Assembly (NCBI RefSeq): GCF_006345805.1
Contig: NC_043002.1
Coordinates: forward strand, 36,766,001-36,830,000
Direction: 5' to 3'
DNA from: Octopus sinensis
Lineage: Eukaryota
Length of the DNA: 64,000 nt
The position numbers and the translations under genes were made by a program. Below the pieces are notes generated by a model. The model was not told the origin of the DNA. It was given only the letters and a program-made list of their open reading frames with translations, and did no database searches. Shown here in pieces: positions 1-14,399 of the stretch (its first letter is position 1; each line of letters opens with the position of its first letter).

Positions 1-255
1 AACAGAATGAGCCATCAGCATACATTCACACATATCCCCATCATACACATATACATGTATGTGAGTGTGCACATATCCATATTTGTATGCGTGTGGGTGG
101 GTATAAATACACATGTAGATATATATGTATAGGTGTGTATGTGCATGTGCATGTGTGTGTATGTGTGTATGTGCATGTGTATATAAATGTGTGTATGCAT
201 TATATGTATATATGTATGTGTATATATATATGTGTGTATATATATATATATAATA

Positions 256-297
<42 letters not shown>

Positions 298-957
298 TAT
301 CTATATCTATATATATATATATATATACCTTCTATGGTTTCTGCTGTCTATTGTATAACTATTATTATTTAATCTATAGCCACATTTTGCTTTTGTCCAT
401 AGGTGAGCAAGCATCTGTTGTATAAATAGTTGGTTCATAGAATTTTGGGAAGTCCCACAGTTTCGGCTTTTATTACAATAAATCCTGCTTCAGTCTAATA
501 TTATTTATTAATTCCTTCTGTAATATATGGCATCAAAGGTTCCTCTTATTTACCTATAGTTATTCCAGTTCTATATTTGACAACAAACTCTAACTGCATT
601 ATACAATGAAGTTTTTCTTCAGTATGTCTTTTGTATTATACCTTTGTGGATCATGCTTTTTTTATATACCTTTATTGGAAGGATGTTTCCATTTTGATAG
701 ACAGAAATAGAAGTATTGTCATAGTTGCAAACATGGCTGTGTGCTGAAGAAGTCTGTTTTGTATGCAGATGTTTCAAAGTTCAGTCCCTCTGCACAGGGC
801 TTTTTATTGTTGCCTTCTACCTCAGGGTGGATCAAAGCCTAGTAAAATAAATTTGGTTGATGGAAATCATGTCAAAGTCTTTGATATATATATATGTATA
901 ACTTTACATAGGCCTACACACACACATAAACACGCACACATACACACACATGCATAT

Positions 958-1870
958 ATGCTCGCAGAACACCTCAAAGACATCCGACTCAGCAACGAGA
1001 CCCTGGTCTCAAGCCATTTCCCTCTACCGGTCACTCGTTACAACACGTCTGTGTTTGGATCGTCTTTGCACATGGGCCATCTGGACCCCCGTCTTTGCCA
1101 TGAGCAGGGATTAATCTTCTCTCTTCACTCCCTTGCACCACATGGGCTCAACTATCCTCCCCTCTTCATCTAATCCCCCCTCTCTCCTCTCTTCCTTTCA
1201 CACCTACTTCCTCCCACCCATCTCTCCTCTCTTGCTCTGGCACCTACTTCCTCTCATCACACCTACCCACCTTCTCCATTCCACCCTTTCCCTTCATCGT
1301 CACCCCTCCCTTGTTACCCCACCCTACACATTCCAACCCCACCATCCCTATACATCTCATCTCGTCCGCACCCCATCCCTTAAACCCCACCCTTGCTTCC
1401 CCCAATCTCGCCTTCCCCACACCCCAACACCACCACAACACACCACACACCACACCCCATCACACCACCCCACACACACTAGCACTGACCACTTTCCAGC
1501 ACCTACACCATCATCCACACACCTACACATGCACACGTCAATGCCACCAGCCCCCTACTGTATGCACATACATGCTCTCACATACACACGCATGTGCACC
1601 TTCGTTTTGGGATCACCACTACTTTATTATCTCCCCTTCTTCCTAGCTCTCTTGTGTAACCCCTCTGCCTGGCATTTGCCATGATAGATCGCTAGCCACT
1701 ATACCTTTTTCTATTTTCTCTCCCTGTTTATTTCTGTGTTCCTTTCTGTCGAAGAGCGTAGGCTCAAAATGTAAAAGACTTTCTCACTTCCCAAGTGTTA
1801 AACTAATATATCTGTTTGTTGTTTACACACCTGTTCATCTTTTGTTTTTTTGTAAATTCTCACTAATTTA
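958..1870 (+). mobile_element. 5'-truncated Penelope-like element: GIY-YIG endonuclease C-terminus, pyrimidine/CA-rich 3' region and terminal hammerhead-like motif
   Basis: The ORF 763-1173 ends LAEHLKDIRLSNETLVSSHF...EQGLIFSLHSLAPHGLN. The F/L-x-EH, V-x-x-HF, E-x-x-LIF and PxGLN pattern is typical of PLE GIY-YIG C-termini. An HHR-like motif follows at 1742-1778. Confidence 0.75.
1742..1778 (+). ncRNA. Degenerate minimal hammerhead ribozyme (PLE type, U at core position 6)
   Basis: CTTT-CTGTCGA-A-GAGC-GTAG-GCTC-AAAAT-GT-A-AAAG. Stem II GAGC/GCTC and stem I CTTT/AAAG are present, but G12 is mutated to A. Same family as 32746-32783. Confidence 0.5.
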
Positions 1871-1879
1871 TGGGGATGT

Positions 1880-1948
1880 AAACACATGAACACCAATTAT
1901 CAAGCTGTGATGGAGGGACAAACACAGACACAAACACACACACACACA

Positions 1949-1986
<38 letters not shown>

Positions 1987-2163
1987 TACACACACATACA
2001 CACACACATGACGTGCTTCTTTCAGTTTCTGTCCTCCAAATCCACTCACAAGGCTTTGGTCAGCCCAAAGCTATAGTAGAAGACACTTGCCCAAGATGCC
2101 ATGCAGTGGGACTGAACCCAGAACCATGAAGTTGGGAGGCTTCTTACCACACTGCCACTCCTG
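1880..2163 (-). mobile_element. tRNA-headed SINE family 1 (partial) with internal (CA)n
   Basis: Shares ttctttcagtttc...aaatccactcacaaggctttggtc...gaagacacttgcccaagatgccatgcagtgggactgaaccc with the copies at 34.0, 54.6 and 58.3 kb. Confidence 0.8.
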
Positions 2164-3397
2164 GGTGTCTTTTGTTACAGTCACAGGCCACCTTGTGCAT
2201 TTTGAGGGAAATTTGGCAGTCAGAAACTGTGCCAGCAAGCCCTCTGAATGGATTGTATTTGTAATGCAACGGTCCTCCCTTGTCTCACTGTTGCAGTGAT
2301 TCTACCAGAGAATTATGTTAACAATAAATACATTCATGGAATACTCAACCACCTAAATGATAATTCAAAGAGCTTAGTAGTTCAGTAGATTAAAACACCT
2401 GAAAACATGACTGGAGATTCTGACCAAAATATTGGTTTCAAATTTTGGTACAAGGCCAGCAATTTTAGGGGAAGAAGTAAGTTGATTACATTGATCCCAG
2501 TGCCCAAATGGTACTTATTTGATCAACCCCAAAAGAATGAAAGACAAAAAAAAAATGACTTCAGCAGATGCTAAGCATTTTCCCAGTGTGCTAACTATTC
2601 TGCCAGTTAACTGCCTTTAAGTTCTGACCAAAATATTAGTCTTTCACTAATATTGTTCTTTCCTAGCTGCATTATTTCTATATAGATTTGTATGGCTCTT
2701 TGCATTGAATATGTTAACACTTATTTAAGCAGTATGTCATAAGTTGCTATATGATAAATCTGTAAATATAATTGCTCTAATAATATAGAAATATATATGT
2801 GTTCAATGCATTTTGTTTTACTATTTTTCACCAAAATAGATTTCATCTCCCATGATTATTTCAAAAGCTTGTTTCCTTCACTATAATGAATGAATTTCTC
2901 TGTACATGCTTCAAATTTATAGGAAGCCATTTGGTACTGTCATTATGACATCATATTCTCCAGTTTACATATATTTATATAACATGAGTGTATTATTTGT
3001 TAAAAGATTATTTTCATATATATTATTTGTAAACAACCTGCATATAAGATTTGAAAAAAAAAAAGAAAAAGAAAAAATATAAAGGTGTTATTTAAAAATA
3101 GCATGAAATCAAAGATAGACACATAATTTTTCTTTTTTTTTATAGTTTTCTTTCATAGAATTGACATTGCTTAGGGCATCCAATCCAAAATGTCTTGCTA
3201 CAGCAATAGAGTTAATAAGAATTCAACTGATAAACAAGTTTGAATTTTAGCTGTAATCTTGAACTTCAATTATGGTATCTCAGTGCATTTAAAACTTAAG
3301 GTACTGATGTATAACATAAGTAAACTGTTTGGAATAGTCATTTAGCATACATAAATTGAACCGAGATTATATATATGTGTGTATTGTATTTTATATC

Positions 3398-3412
3398 TCT
3401 ATCTATCTATCA

Positions 3413-3502
<90 letters not shown>

Positions 3503-3503
3503 A

Positions 3504-3545
<42 letters not shown>

Positions 3546-3570
3546 CACACACACACACACACATATACAC
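3398..3570. repeat. (ATCT)n tetranucleotide microsatellite followed by (CA)n
   Basis: Directly visible. It produces the YLSI-repeat pseudo-ORFs. Confidence 0.95.
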
Positions 3571-3574
3571 GTGA

Positions 3575-4320
3575 GTGTGAGTTAATTCCAGGAGTTTTGA
3601 GACTCTTCTAGGAGAAACAGTTATAACTACTGTCCCAATCTTAGTATATCATTACAATACATCTAATATGTTGAGCCACCAACTTCTGTTATTCCAGGTT
3701 GAAGGAGATATGCTGTGACTGCACTTTGAACACACCCTACTAAACACTACTTGTCGCAGCAGACTAGTTTGCAGAATGTCATCAGGGCGAGAAGATGATT
3801 GGGAAACTCACTGTGCAATGAAGTTTTGTGTTAAGCTGAACAAAAATGCAAGAGAAACTTATGAAATGCTCCAGTCTGCTTATGGATAAATTTATACGAG
3901 CTGACCCTCTGTTTTTCACTGGCACAAGAGGCCAGGCAAAGGAAGTCCACTGAGAAGCTCATGATGATATTCTTTTATAATAACAAGGGCATCATTCACT
4001 GGGTTCCCTCTGGCCAGACAGTCAACAAAGAGTACATTGTGGAGGTTTTGAGGGAATTCAGGATGAAATTTTGATGCAAAAGAGCAGAGCACCTACACCA
4101 GGACTATGCACCAGTCCACATTTCCATTGTGATAACCTATTAATTGACAGAACTGGGCATCAAAACTGTCCCTCAACCTCCCTACAGTCCAGAACTTGCT
4201 CCCCCTGCAAGTTGGAGATGAAGGAAGCTGTGGCAAGGGTCCTGAACACCATTTTGGAAGACCTCCATGGTACCTTCATTAAGTGGCAGGAGTGCTACAA
4301 CTTTGTTATTCATACGTATA
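3575..4320 (+). mobile_element. Internally deleted Tc1/mariner transposase pseudogene
   Basis: Translated pieces: HCAMKFCVKLNKNARETYEMLQSAYG (N-terminal HTH), KLMMIFFYNNKGIIHWVPSGQTVNKEYIVEVLREFR, and GIKTVPQPPYSPELAP (mariner YSPDLAP motif). Stops and frameshifts are present. Confidence 0.85.
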
Positions 4321-4559
4321 TGTGTCTTTGTATTTATATATATAAAAGAAACAAACTTGAATCCATTGCCACTTCATAGCTAATCAAAATAATCCAATGT
4401 GTGTGTGTCTGTGTGCATGCACACAAGATACAAAAAGTAGGACATACAACAAACTTAATGTAAAGAAATTGTAGCAGCACCATTGTCAGGTGGTTTGATA
4501 ATGTCAAAAGATTAACTGAACTGCAGATTCCCCAATTAAGTGTTATGGAATTAAACCCA

Positions 4560-4978
4560 TCCATCTTTAAAAGATTACTGAATTTGTGAAAATAACTTAG
4601 AGTACCATAACCAATGCCAATATCAATATTATAATGGATGAGAAAACCATTGTTATTTTATAACAATTGTTTCTACGTTATGAAACATAGGTATGAACTT
4701 TTTGATGCTATGATGAAGTGGAAATTTCGGATTTGACTGGAAGATATATACTACATACAATGAGAAGCAGAGCTAGATCTACAAACATAGAATTTTACAA
4801 AGATGACAGACTTGTAATAACCTACAACATGAGTGAACATTATGTAGAGGAACTCAGAAAACATTAATCAAAACGTTTAAAATGTTTCCTTTGAAAATTG
4901 TGATGAATATAAACTTGAAGATAGTAAATTTCTTAGATGCAACACTAAACTCAATCTCTGCTGTGAGCCTAATGACGA

Positions 4979-5019
<41 letters not shown>

Positions 5020-5790
5020 CATATATATATAAATAGGAGCTTCTACCATCACCTGCCTATGATCATTACAGATAGCACATTACAGATTGCATAAGCAGAC
5101 ACATATCTAAACTGTCATCAGAGAAATATTCAACAAATTAGTTCCAAACTACAATAAGCGCCTTGCTAGCAGCAGTTTCAACATTAAGTTGAGACACAAA
5201 GATCAGTCCATAGGATTAATCCCCTCCATAGATTCACTGTATCTAAAAAAAGTAGCCAGGCCTTCATACAAATCAGTATGTATTGCTCAAATTTATACAA
5301 ATATAACAAAATATCTTTTAAGATTAGTTATATTTGATAGGTAACATCTCTATCCATAACCAAAAATCTATAAATCAAACAAACAACAATGAAATTGCAG
5401 AGACACAGCTAGATATCTTTCATTTAGAAAATAATTGTCAAAAGAATCTAACATAGAATTGATTGATGATTCAATAAAAATGTACATTGGGTTGATCAAA
5501 TACACATTTAAGCATAGATTCACACAGAACACTCATTCATTTAGATCCAGAAATCAATGCAATGTAACATCACTTTTAAAATATCTTTTGTATTTTGAAG
5601 GATTGAAGAGAAAGCAACTGCATGATAAAATGGAATATCATTGCAAAGACAAAGGAATATAATACTCATGGTAGTTGCTGTTGTCATCTATGTGTAACTT
5701 AAAAAGACTCAAGATATCAAATATACCTGATTGTATTTGGAACAAGGCGGAAGAAACCTTCTCATGTTTCCATGTAAAGAAAATTAATGG
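4560..5790 (+). mobile_element. Decayed Penelope-like element (Neptune-like RT plus GIY-YIG endonuclease)
   Basis: Collinear motifs: FYKDDRL (YRDD), NINLKIVNFLDATLN, KLSS..EIFNKLVPNYNKRL, MYIGLIKYTFKHRFTQNTHSFR (YIG motif), then a C-terminal CxLC-like stretch. Interrupted by (TA)n at about 4984-5030 and by many stops. Confidence 0.8.
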
Positions 5791-6824
5791 TCAACTCTTC
5801 AAGCATATTTCTGTTCAAGCAGATTTTGAACTGTAAGCTGGCTTAACCTACAGACTATATGTTTATGACAGAGCAATATGACATGTAAAATCAAGACACA
5901 GTATTAACTCCTACAAACTAGTACAGTTACTCTATCATGAAAAGCCTATTCTTATATGCACTGTGTGACATAAGAGTTATCATGGAACCTACACGAAAAA
6001 ATATATCAACTTGAACAAAATTTATTTCATTTGATTGTGCAATAATGTGAAGTAGAAACATTTTGTGTTCCCAGAATTTCAATTACACTATGTAACAAAA
6101 TTATTATCTTTTACTTTGATCAGAAAGAGTTATTTCCTATTTGCTTCTATCAAGAAATCAAAGGAAATGACTACTATTCCCTTCAAACTTTGCTTTTGTG
6201 ACTTGGATGTCAATGTTTTGAAACTGACCTTTTTCCATTACATTTCAGACAGATTCAGTGTTGAGTTGCTGAAGCAGTAATGTTGTTATAGCAAATATTC
6301 TGCTCAGTACCACAGATTTGCTTGTCAATTGCTTGAGCATACCTCTTAGTGACTGACTATATGTGCATCTCTGATCATAAACAGGAGTTGTTGTGGAGCA
6401 TCACAGTCATGTGCAGAGAGATTCTTTGATGTTTAAATAAATATCATAACAAAAGCAAAGTTTGAAGGAAATAGTCATTTTCATACTTTATAGGTATAAG
6501 CAAATAAGAAATAACAGTTGCTACACAAGGACAAAAATCGTGTTCCACAGTGTTATCAATTCAAGCAAAGCTGTTTCCTCTTAATTTTTTGGTAATTTCT
6601 GTCAGGTACTATCAGTAATTACGAGTGACTCATGTGGTCTGTATTATCCAGTGAAATAAAGAGTATTTTGTATCATTTGGGATAAAAAAACATTTTTAAT
6701 ATTACAGTTTCTCATGTTGTCTGCTTGTATGTGCTAGGATGAATGGTAAATGGTACAAAAGAAATAAGTATAATTATACTCTACACCATGTATAGAGTAC
6801 TTTTCTCATGTTCATTATAAAAGC

Positions 6825-6872
<48 letters not shown>

Positions 6873-8177
6873 TTAAATCATTTAAGGAAAGAAAGAGTAA
6901 ATGGTAATAAAATAAAATAAATCTCACCGCAAAATTTTAAGAAATTTACACTTAAACAATAAATACTAAATTATGAATTGTACTGACAGTTTTGAGTTTT
7001 TGCAAATGCCTTCTCAAATTGATAATGTATTTTTTAAATATAAATAATTATATTAATGTTTTTAAACACTGTTTAATGTTTATATACTTTAAATATATTT
7101 ACAAATTTTTTTTTCCTCAATTGAAAAATCTCAGGTAAAAATTTAAGATGATTTAAGATTATTTAAAATTATTCTAGAACTAAATGGATAAAATGCACTG
7201 TAAATTTAATAGCTAAGATGTTGCTTTAGAAGCATAATACTTTTTTTTAGATAAATTTTACAGGACATGTTAGCAAATGAACATTTGTTATATTTTTCAG
7301 GGAAAAGTCAGGCTCATATCATGGGACAGGTAGAGAAGGAGAAATAAAAATATATATCAAAAAACAATATTTTGCTCATATATGTATATATTAAAATATA
7401 TCTTGAGTACTGACTTTTCTCGTCAGGATTGTATGGTCATCTACGCAGCAGCGCTGTGAGGATAAACCGTGTGTCATGCACTAAGGTTGTAAGAGCCAAA
7501 AACTTGGAAAAAATGTTTAGATAAAAAAAGGGAATCAAAATGGCACACAAAATGGCCAGGGTTGATAATCGCGCTCACTCTAAAAAAGCTTGAGGGTTGA
7601 AGAAGAAATTATACTGTGCAAAAAAGACAAAAATACCAACTTGTGTTTTATAGAAGTACAGAAATATTGAAAGATGGATGTAGGATGTAGCATTTTGGTG
7701 AAACACCACTTGAATTTAATGAATAATATTAAACAAAATATATATATGTGTGATTGTCGTAAATCTATATACTTATATGAATTTAAATACAGCTATACAT
7801 ATACATATATGTGTGCGTATAAATATATATGCATACATACATATATATATATATTTATAGTAGTGTAGTTTTTATGAAGCATTGTCTGATACATTTTTAT
7901 ATATATATCTAAATGTTTTAAATATTTGCTTTCAAAACCAAAACAAGTTATAAAAAATTAATAATACAGTTGGGTGGTTAGTCTTATTACCTGGTATTTC
8001 AATATTTCTATTTTAAGATATTAGCTATCAACATCTTTCCTCAGTAAATTTTCTGAAGAAGAGACCCTAAGCCTAAGGTACTGAAATACTAGGTAATAAA
8101 ATTCTCAACCTGTTTTATTAATATTCATAACTTGCATTGTCTTAACTTAAAAAAATATCTAAGACATTTAAATGCAT

Positions 8178-8245
<68 letters not shown>

Positions 8246-8304
8246 CATATATATATACAAGTATGTGTGTATGTATGTGTCTATGGGTGTGTGTACATGT
8301 ATAT

Positions 8305-8337
<33 letters not shown>

Positions 8338-8383
8338 CATGCACACACATATATACACACACATATACATACATATATATATA

Positions 8384-8430
<47 letters not shown>

Positions 8431-9194
8431 TTTTTACAAGGAAAGGTTGAATGTCAACCTTTTCCTTGTAAAAAAGCAATAAGGAATCCTTCAGTTTAAT
8501 GTTAACTTGTTTATATATATATAACTTGATATAAAAAAACATTCATGTATATATGTATAGATATACACAAGATATACCTTGCCGTAATAATTATTGGATA
8601 AAAATTAATCAATATTAAATGTGATTATATAGTAGGTTAAAACTATCTTCTGACTAGACTTTGAAGGTTGTTCAAGCACACAATGAAGATTTGAAAAAAA
8701 ACATACTAGATCAATATTGCCATTTCAAATGGCCATCGTTGAGCCTAGCTGAAACTGAAGTGGAGAAAACTGAAGCCTCAATTGTCTGTAGATACTAAAA
8801 TTATACGGAGCTAAATTAATATTTTACTATAACATCTTTGTTTATATGACTATATTATTATGCTATGTATATGTTACAATGTAAAATATAAAATTAAAAC
8901 GCTTCCTAAAAATCAAGAAAATTTGACTTTTATTATATATATATGTATTTATATGTGAATGCAGAATTGTGATGTAGTTGTTGAAGCAAGGACAAGCATC
9001 AACAGACATTACAAAAATCCACAGAAGACCGTTCTGTCCAAACTTCTGGGTAGTGCCATGAAACTATATTACAAAGTAGTCTTAAACTGGCCTTTGTTGA
9101 AGTTTGCAATGTTTGAAATTGCAAGTTTGAAATTGCAATGTTCCATGATTATGATATAAATCCATGGAAGATTATTGTGTCCAAACTTCTTGAT

Positions 9195-9375
9195 ATTTGC
9201 ATGAAATAATAGTATGGAAGTAACTTTGGCACTGCCAGATGAGTAGACTAGAGCAATACGAAATGAAGTGTTTTGCTCAAGAACACAATGTATCATCTGA
9301 TCTGGTCCAGGAATCAAAACCACAATCTTACAATCATGAGTGTAACACCCTAACCACTAAGTAATATGCCTCCAC
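9195..9375 (-). mobile_element. tRNA-headed SINE family 3
   Basis: Minus strand reads ttagtggttagggtgttacactcatgattgtaag...gattcctggacc...ttgtgttcttgagcaaaacacttcatttc. Homologous to 10113-10390 and 57870-58140. Confidence 0.65.
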
Positions 9376-9918
9376 ACACACACACACCAAGTGCAGTCCC
9401 TGGAATTTTTCAAAGGAAGGTCAGAAGGGCACAACTATTAAATAAAATTACAAGTAATAACATTATTTAGAAGGGCACACTTCTTTTCTTTAGCAGGGTG
9501 GGGGCATGCGCCCCTCAGGCATCCACTTTGGTCCACCTCTGCACACACACACACACATTTATATAAAAGAAGAAAAAGAAAATGGAGATTGGGAAGTTAA
9601 TAATTGTTTATTATTAACAACAAATCAAACACCCTTCCTTAAAGCTGGTTCAATTAAAACTCAGTGAATTAATTAAATATTAAATTCATATGCCCTGAGC
9701 ATAATATCTTCAAAGGGGAAAAAATATACCCTTTACCCTTCTCTTTCTTCTTTTATATGAATATACACTATATGTTTTTACATATATACCTATAATTTTA
9801 AGGAAATCAATTCTTCCAAAATAATAGGTAGTGAGCCAGTATTTCCTTGGCTGACACCATCCCTTGATGAGGCTAACATAACTTCTAATTGAATATGTAT
9901 ATATTTATATATATATAC

Positions 9919-10030
9919 ATCATCATCATCGTCATCGTTTAACGTCCGTTCTCCATGCTAGCATGGGTTGGACGGTTCGACCGGGGATCTGGGAAGCCAG
10001 AAGGCTGCACCAGGCTCCAGTCTTATCTGG
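9919..10030 (-). mobile_element. RTE 3'-tail element (short copy)
   Basis: catcatcgtttaacgtccgttctccatgctagcatgggttggacggttcgaccggg is essentially identical to the 3' end of the ORF2-bearing RTE at 58745-59985. Confidence 0.85.
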
Positions 10031-10112
10031 AGCCTGGTGCAGTAAACATATAGATATATATAAATGTATATGTGTATATATGTATGTACATGTATGTGTA
10101 TATATATGTGTT

Positions 10113-10390
10113 GAAGGTGTGTGACCTAGTGGTTAGAGTGTTGCACTCATAAGTGGCAGATCCCTGGAAAAAGCGGTGTGTTGTGTTCTTGCACAAAACA
10201 CTTCCCCATTGCTCTTGTGCACTCACTTTTAATTGCATAATCCCGTGAAAAACTAGCCTTCTGATCAGGGGGAGTGTTCATTGGCTCATCTAGCAAATGA
10301 GGTGGCACTATTTGAAAGCTAAAACAATTCAAAGCACATTGTGACCAGTGATATATAACATGCAATAGTCTGGTTGATCCTGTGATCTCA
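10113..10390 (+). mobile_element. tRNA-headed SINE family 3
   Basis: gtgacctagtggttagagtgttgcactc head and ttgtgttcttgcacaaaacacttc core, shared with the 57870 copy. Confidence 0.6.
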
Positions 10391-10452
10391 TGTATATATA
10401 TACATACATACACCCCCACACATATATATACTCATACATAGTGTATATATAT

Positions 10453-10499
<47 letters not shown>

Positions 10500-10879
10500 A
10501 TATATATATATATATATACACATACTATATATATATAGCACTATATATTATTTAACTACTGCCTAAGTTCATGAAAAAGCCTCTAGCCACTTGAAATCTT
10601 AATTACTAATTGCATTATATTAAACTTAACCATGCTGAGAACTGTCATGCGATATATATATGTATGTTAAATACATTTCTGCTATAAAAATATATACAAA
10701 TATATAATTCAGGATGGTCATTGCTGGAATGCTTTTGATCATACATCTACACTATTATAGCTTGCCTGGGACTAAACAACAACATAATGGGTCTCTAAAT
10801 ATTTCCTTTAAAAACTACATAAGTAATAAACTATGGCAGATAATACTAGCAACCCCGAAATAGATTATTATTTTTAAAT

Positions 10880-11110
10880 GTATACAGATTCTTCAAGTTG
10901 AGCCAACTGGCAGGAGACCCAGGAGCAGACCAAGAAGATGGTTGGCTAAGATCCATAATCTCAGTTGGCCATGCTTAGGAATCCAGCTGGAAAATCTAAT
11001 GATGGCTGCTTCTGATGAGACCCTATAGAGGAGACACCTGAGGGCTCTTCATCCACAACCATGCCAAGAATAGTGGACAAAGAAGATGGCTGGATACAAA
11101 TTAACATACA
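10880..11110 (+). mobile_element. RTE LINE ORF2 C-terminal fragment (different family from the 59 kb copy)
   Basis: Translates LQVEPTGRRPRSRPRRWLAKIHNLSW...LENLMMAASDETL*RRHLR, matching the G-R-RP-x-x-RP-x-x-RW RTE C-terminal signature. Confidence 0.65.
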
Positions 11111-11489
11111 TGTATGTATTTTTAATGGCTTAACCAGAGTAGTAAGGGTAGAGTCCATGATACTTTGCAAGGCCCCTAGTGAAAGGAATGAAATTATTCA
11201 GTGGTGATTTGGCTTAAATGTTTATAATTACCTGAACTTTGCCAAAATTGTCTAATGAATATGTGATGGTATCAAAATGTGTGGCTTGTTTTTAGAATAG
11301 CCATATTGTATACCTACATAGATAATTTAATGGGTTGGCATTAGGAGAGCCTCCATCCATAAAATATTACCCACAAAAGTAAAAGTTCAGTGCAAGCCAT
11401 GCTGGTATAGAAAGCAGACATAAGACTGTTGATGATGATGATGATGATGACAATGATAGTGTAAATTGAGGAATTTATCTGTAAATATA

Positions 11490-11633
11490 ATATGTGAAAA
11501 TTATTTGGTAGCCATGATAAAACTCTGAGTTATGGATGTCGATGGCCAGATAACTGAAGAGATGGTGGCGTGGGTTTCTGCCCTGACATCCAAAACTCGG
11601 AATTTTATCATGGCTACTGAATATTTGTCACAT
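11490..11633 (+). mobile_element. Fold-back element with ~49-bp inverted arms and a degenerate hammerhead (family of 61901-62240)
   Basis: The arm atgtgaaaattatttggtagccatgataaaactctgagttatggatgtc pairs with gacatccaaaactcggaattttatcatggctactgaatatttgtcacat. The HHR core CCAGATAA-CTGAAGA-GATG...CATC-C-AAAAC-TCGGA-ATT-TTATC lies at 11546-11613, with G12>A and G16.2>A. Confidence 0.7.
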
Positions 11634-11635
11634 AT

Positions 11636-11696
<61 letters not shown>

Positions 11697-12298
11697 TTAA
11701 TGTCCATTTTCCTAAGTCCCAGCTAACTTGTACCTTATGATAAATTTGACTTGCAGGTTAGAGTCATCTCCTCAGTTAAAAGTTCCATTGTCACTCTTAA
11801 TCTTGTATTAAAATAACCCAAGGATATATACATTTATATATATATGTGTGTGTGTGTGTGCATGCGTGTGTATATAAGTATGCATGTAAGTATGTATGTA
11901 TGTGTTGACGCACCTGTGCGTGCGCGCACACACACACACATACAGAAATATATACATACACAAGCACAGTTGTTTGTGCATGTTTCTGTTTATAAGCTAT
12001 TTTTCTATATTAAAACTATGTACTGCAGTATTTTCAGAAAAGAAAACTTGCAAATTATGAAAGGAGTGGTTAATAAATATTTAATGCTGACAATTACAGT
12101 GGGACTCTATAACAGAAATATAGTAGAAAATAGCCAACGTCTAATTGAAATTTTCTCCCACCAAAATACAAATTAGGTTAAGTTATTCCTTGGTGTTAAA
12201 TTCTGGTGAAGCAATATTCTTGTCATAGAAAGGTAAATATTCAGAAATAATATACATATATTCCAGTTATATCACATCTATTTACATATGTGCTATAG

Positions 12299-12339
<41 letters not shown>

Positions 12340-14360
12340 GATGGGCAACCAGCTGTAGAAACACTGCCAGATCAGACTGGAGCCTGGTGCAGCCTCCTGG
12401 CATCCCATAGCCCGGTCAAACCATCCAATCCATGCTAGCATGGAAAATGGATGTTAAACGATGATGATGATACATATATATATCCTCCTCCTCATCCTCA
12501 TCATCATCAATCTTATGTCTAGTTTTCATGCTGGAACGGGTTAATTGGTTAGACAAGCTGCAATGGATCTGAGGTTGATATCTTGTCTCAGTTTTGTCAT
12601 GGTTTCTGACTGGATGCTCTTCTTAATGTGAACCATTTTACACTCACACACTCACTCACACACACCCTCACACACACACACACACACTCACTCACACTCG
12701 CATGCACAAATATCTTTATCTATATATCTAGGAGTGTCATCTTCATCACCTTAATTTAATATCCAATTTCGATGCTGACATGGGTTGGACAGTTTGACAG
12801 GATCCATTAAGCTGCAGGATTGGTTTCTATGACTGGATACCCTTCTTAAAGCAAAAAATTTCTTAAATTTTAAATGGTAGATTCTTTAATCCATTTTATG
12901 TTATTTGTATATTTTTAATCTTCTTTTTAATAATGCCCTAGTACATTCCATTAAAACGAACTCCTTATCACTTTTACTGTATAAATCTAAGTAGTTTCAG
13001 GTAGATTTTGCTATTCTTTTGTCGTAACCATCAAGTTAGTTCTGATCTAGGGAACCAATGATCAGAGGCATTCAAACTTTGACCAACCTATCTTTTTCTC
13101 AAACATAATTTACCTAGGATAACATTTTTAATATGTTTTGTTGTTTTTAATGTTAGGGTGTGATTTGAGAAAGATTTTAGCTATTATTTCTAGCGGCTCA
13201 AATGACTAAATAGGAAGTCCCTTATTTACTAATTAATTTCCAATAGTAATGATGTTAGTATCGGCAATAATTAGAGTAGTGGTGTTGGTTGTTGGGTAGG
13301 GGGTAACTGTTGTATGTTTAATAGTTGTAGTGTATTTTGTCTTTTAGGCACAGTTAATCAAAAATTTTACCTTCTTTTTATTTTTTACCTGTGGGAAAAG
13401 AATGTCAAAAATGGAAAATTATTATTGCATTGTAAATATATATTTATATATATAACAGGCTGCTTAGCAGAAGAAGAGGAAAGAGAATGGGAAGGAGAGA
13501 AAAAAAGTAATATGACAAAGAATAGGAGCAACAGTAGAAGACAAAAAATAAAATAAAACAGGAAAAAAGGACAAAAGATAAAGAATTAACTAGAAACAAG
13601 GAAGATAAAAGGAATATTTTTTAAAAAGAAGAATAAAATGATAAAGGAAAAACTTGAGAAAAACAAAACAACAAGACTATAATTAAAACAAAGAAAAAAG
13701 AAAATCAAGTAACACAGAAAATACATGGGAAGAAAAACAGACAAAGGAAGAACAGACGAAGGAAGAAATAAGAAAAGAAAGCTGAAAGAATAAAAAACAA
13801 CTGCCCCACCTTGCCAAATATACTAGCTTTCAAGGATCTTCAATAAAAAAAATTACATAAATATTATTGACTTGTTACAAAAGAACAAAGACTCAAAAGT
13901 GAGGGATGGTTAAAACCGATTAGATCAGAGCCAGTGTATGACTGGTACTTCTTTTATCCCCCCCACCCCTACATGGATCAAAGGCAAAGTTGACCTCAGC
14001 AGGATGTTACATTATAAAAGGTATAAACGGTAAGAAGCTAAATGCCACAATGCATTTCAACCGTCACTCTGCCGGCTCTGGCATAATCATGTAAATATTG
14101 AAAAAACTGAAAATAAGAAACAGAATCATTCATTTATTCATTTGTTTATTTTCATTGGTTGTATTTTATATATATTGGTTAATTTTGAAACACTATCAAA
14201 CAATCAAATGCTAACACAGGTCAATAATCAATAAAACAAGCTGAAAGAGAAATTTGAAAGTTTGTGTGAATTTGTGTCTGTATGAGAGTTTATATGCGTA
14301 TGTGTAAGTCTTAATTCTTCAACGTTCATATCCATTTTGATGTAAATATATACATACATA

Positions 14361-14399
<39 letters not shown>

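Noticed and set aside
15-425. Many 60-150-aa ORFs rich in YI/HT/CV/YLSI dipeptides here and throughout the window
   Set aside because: They are translations of (TA)n, (CA)n, (ATCT)n and (TACA)n microsatellites, which lack stop codons in some frames. They have no splice or homology support.
1133-1684. 183-aa Pro/His/Thr-rich ORF
   Set aside because: Lies in the low-complexity C/A-rich 3' region of the PLE remnant, and the composition explains the open frame.
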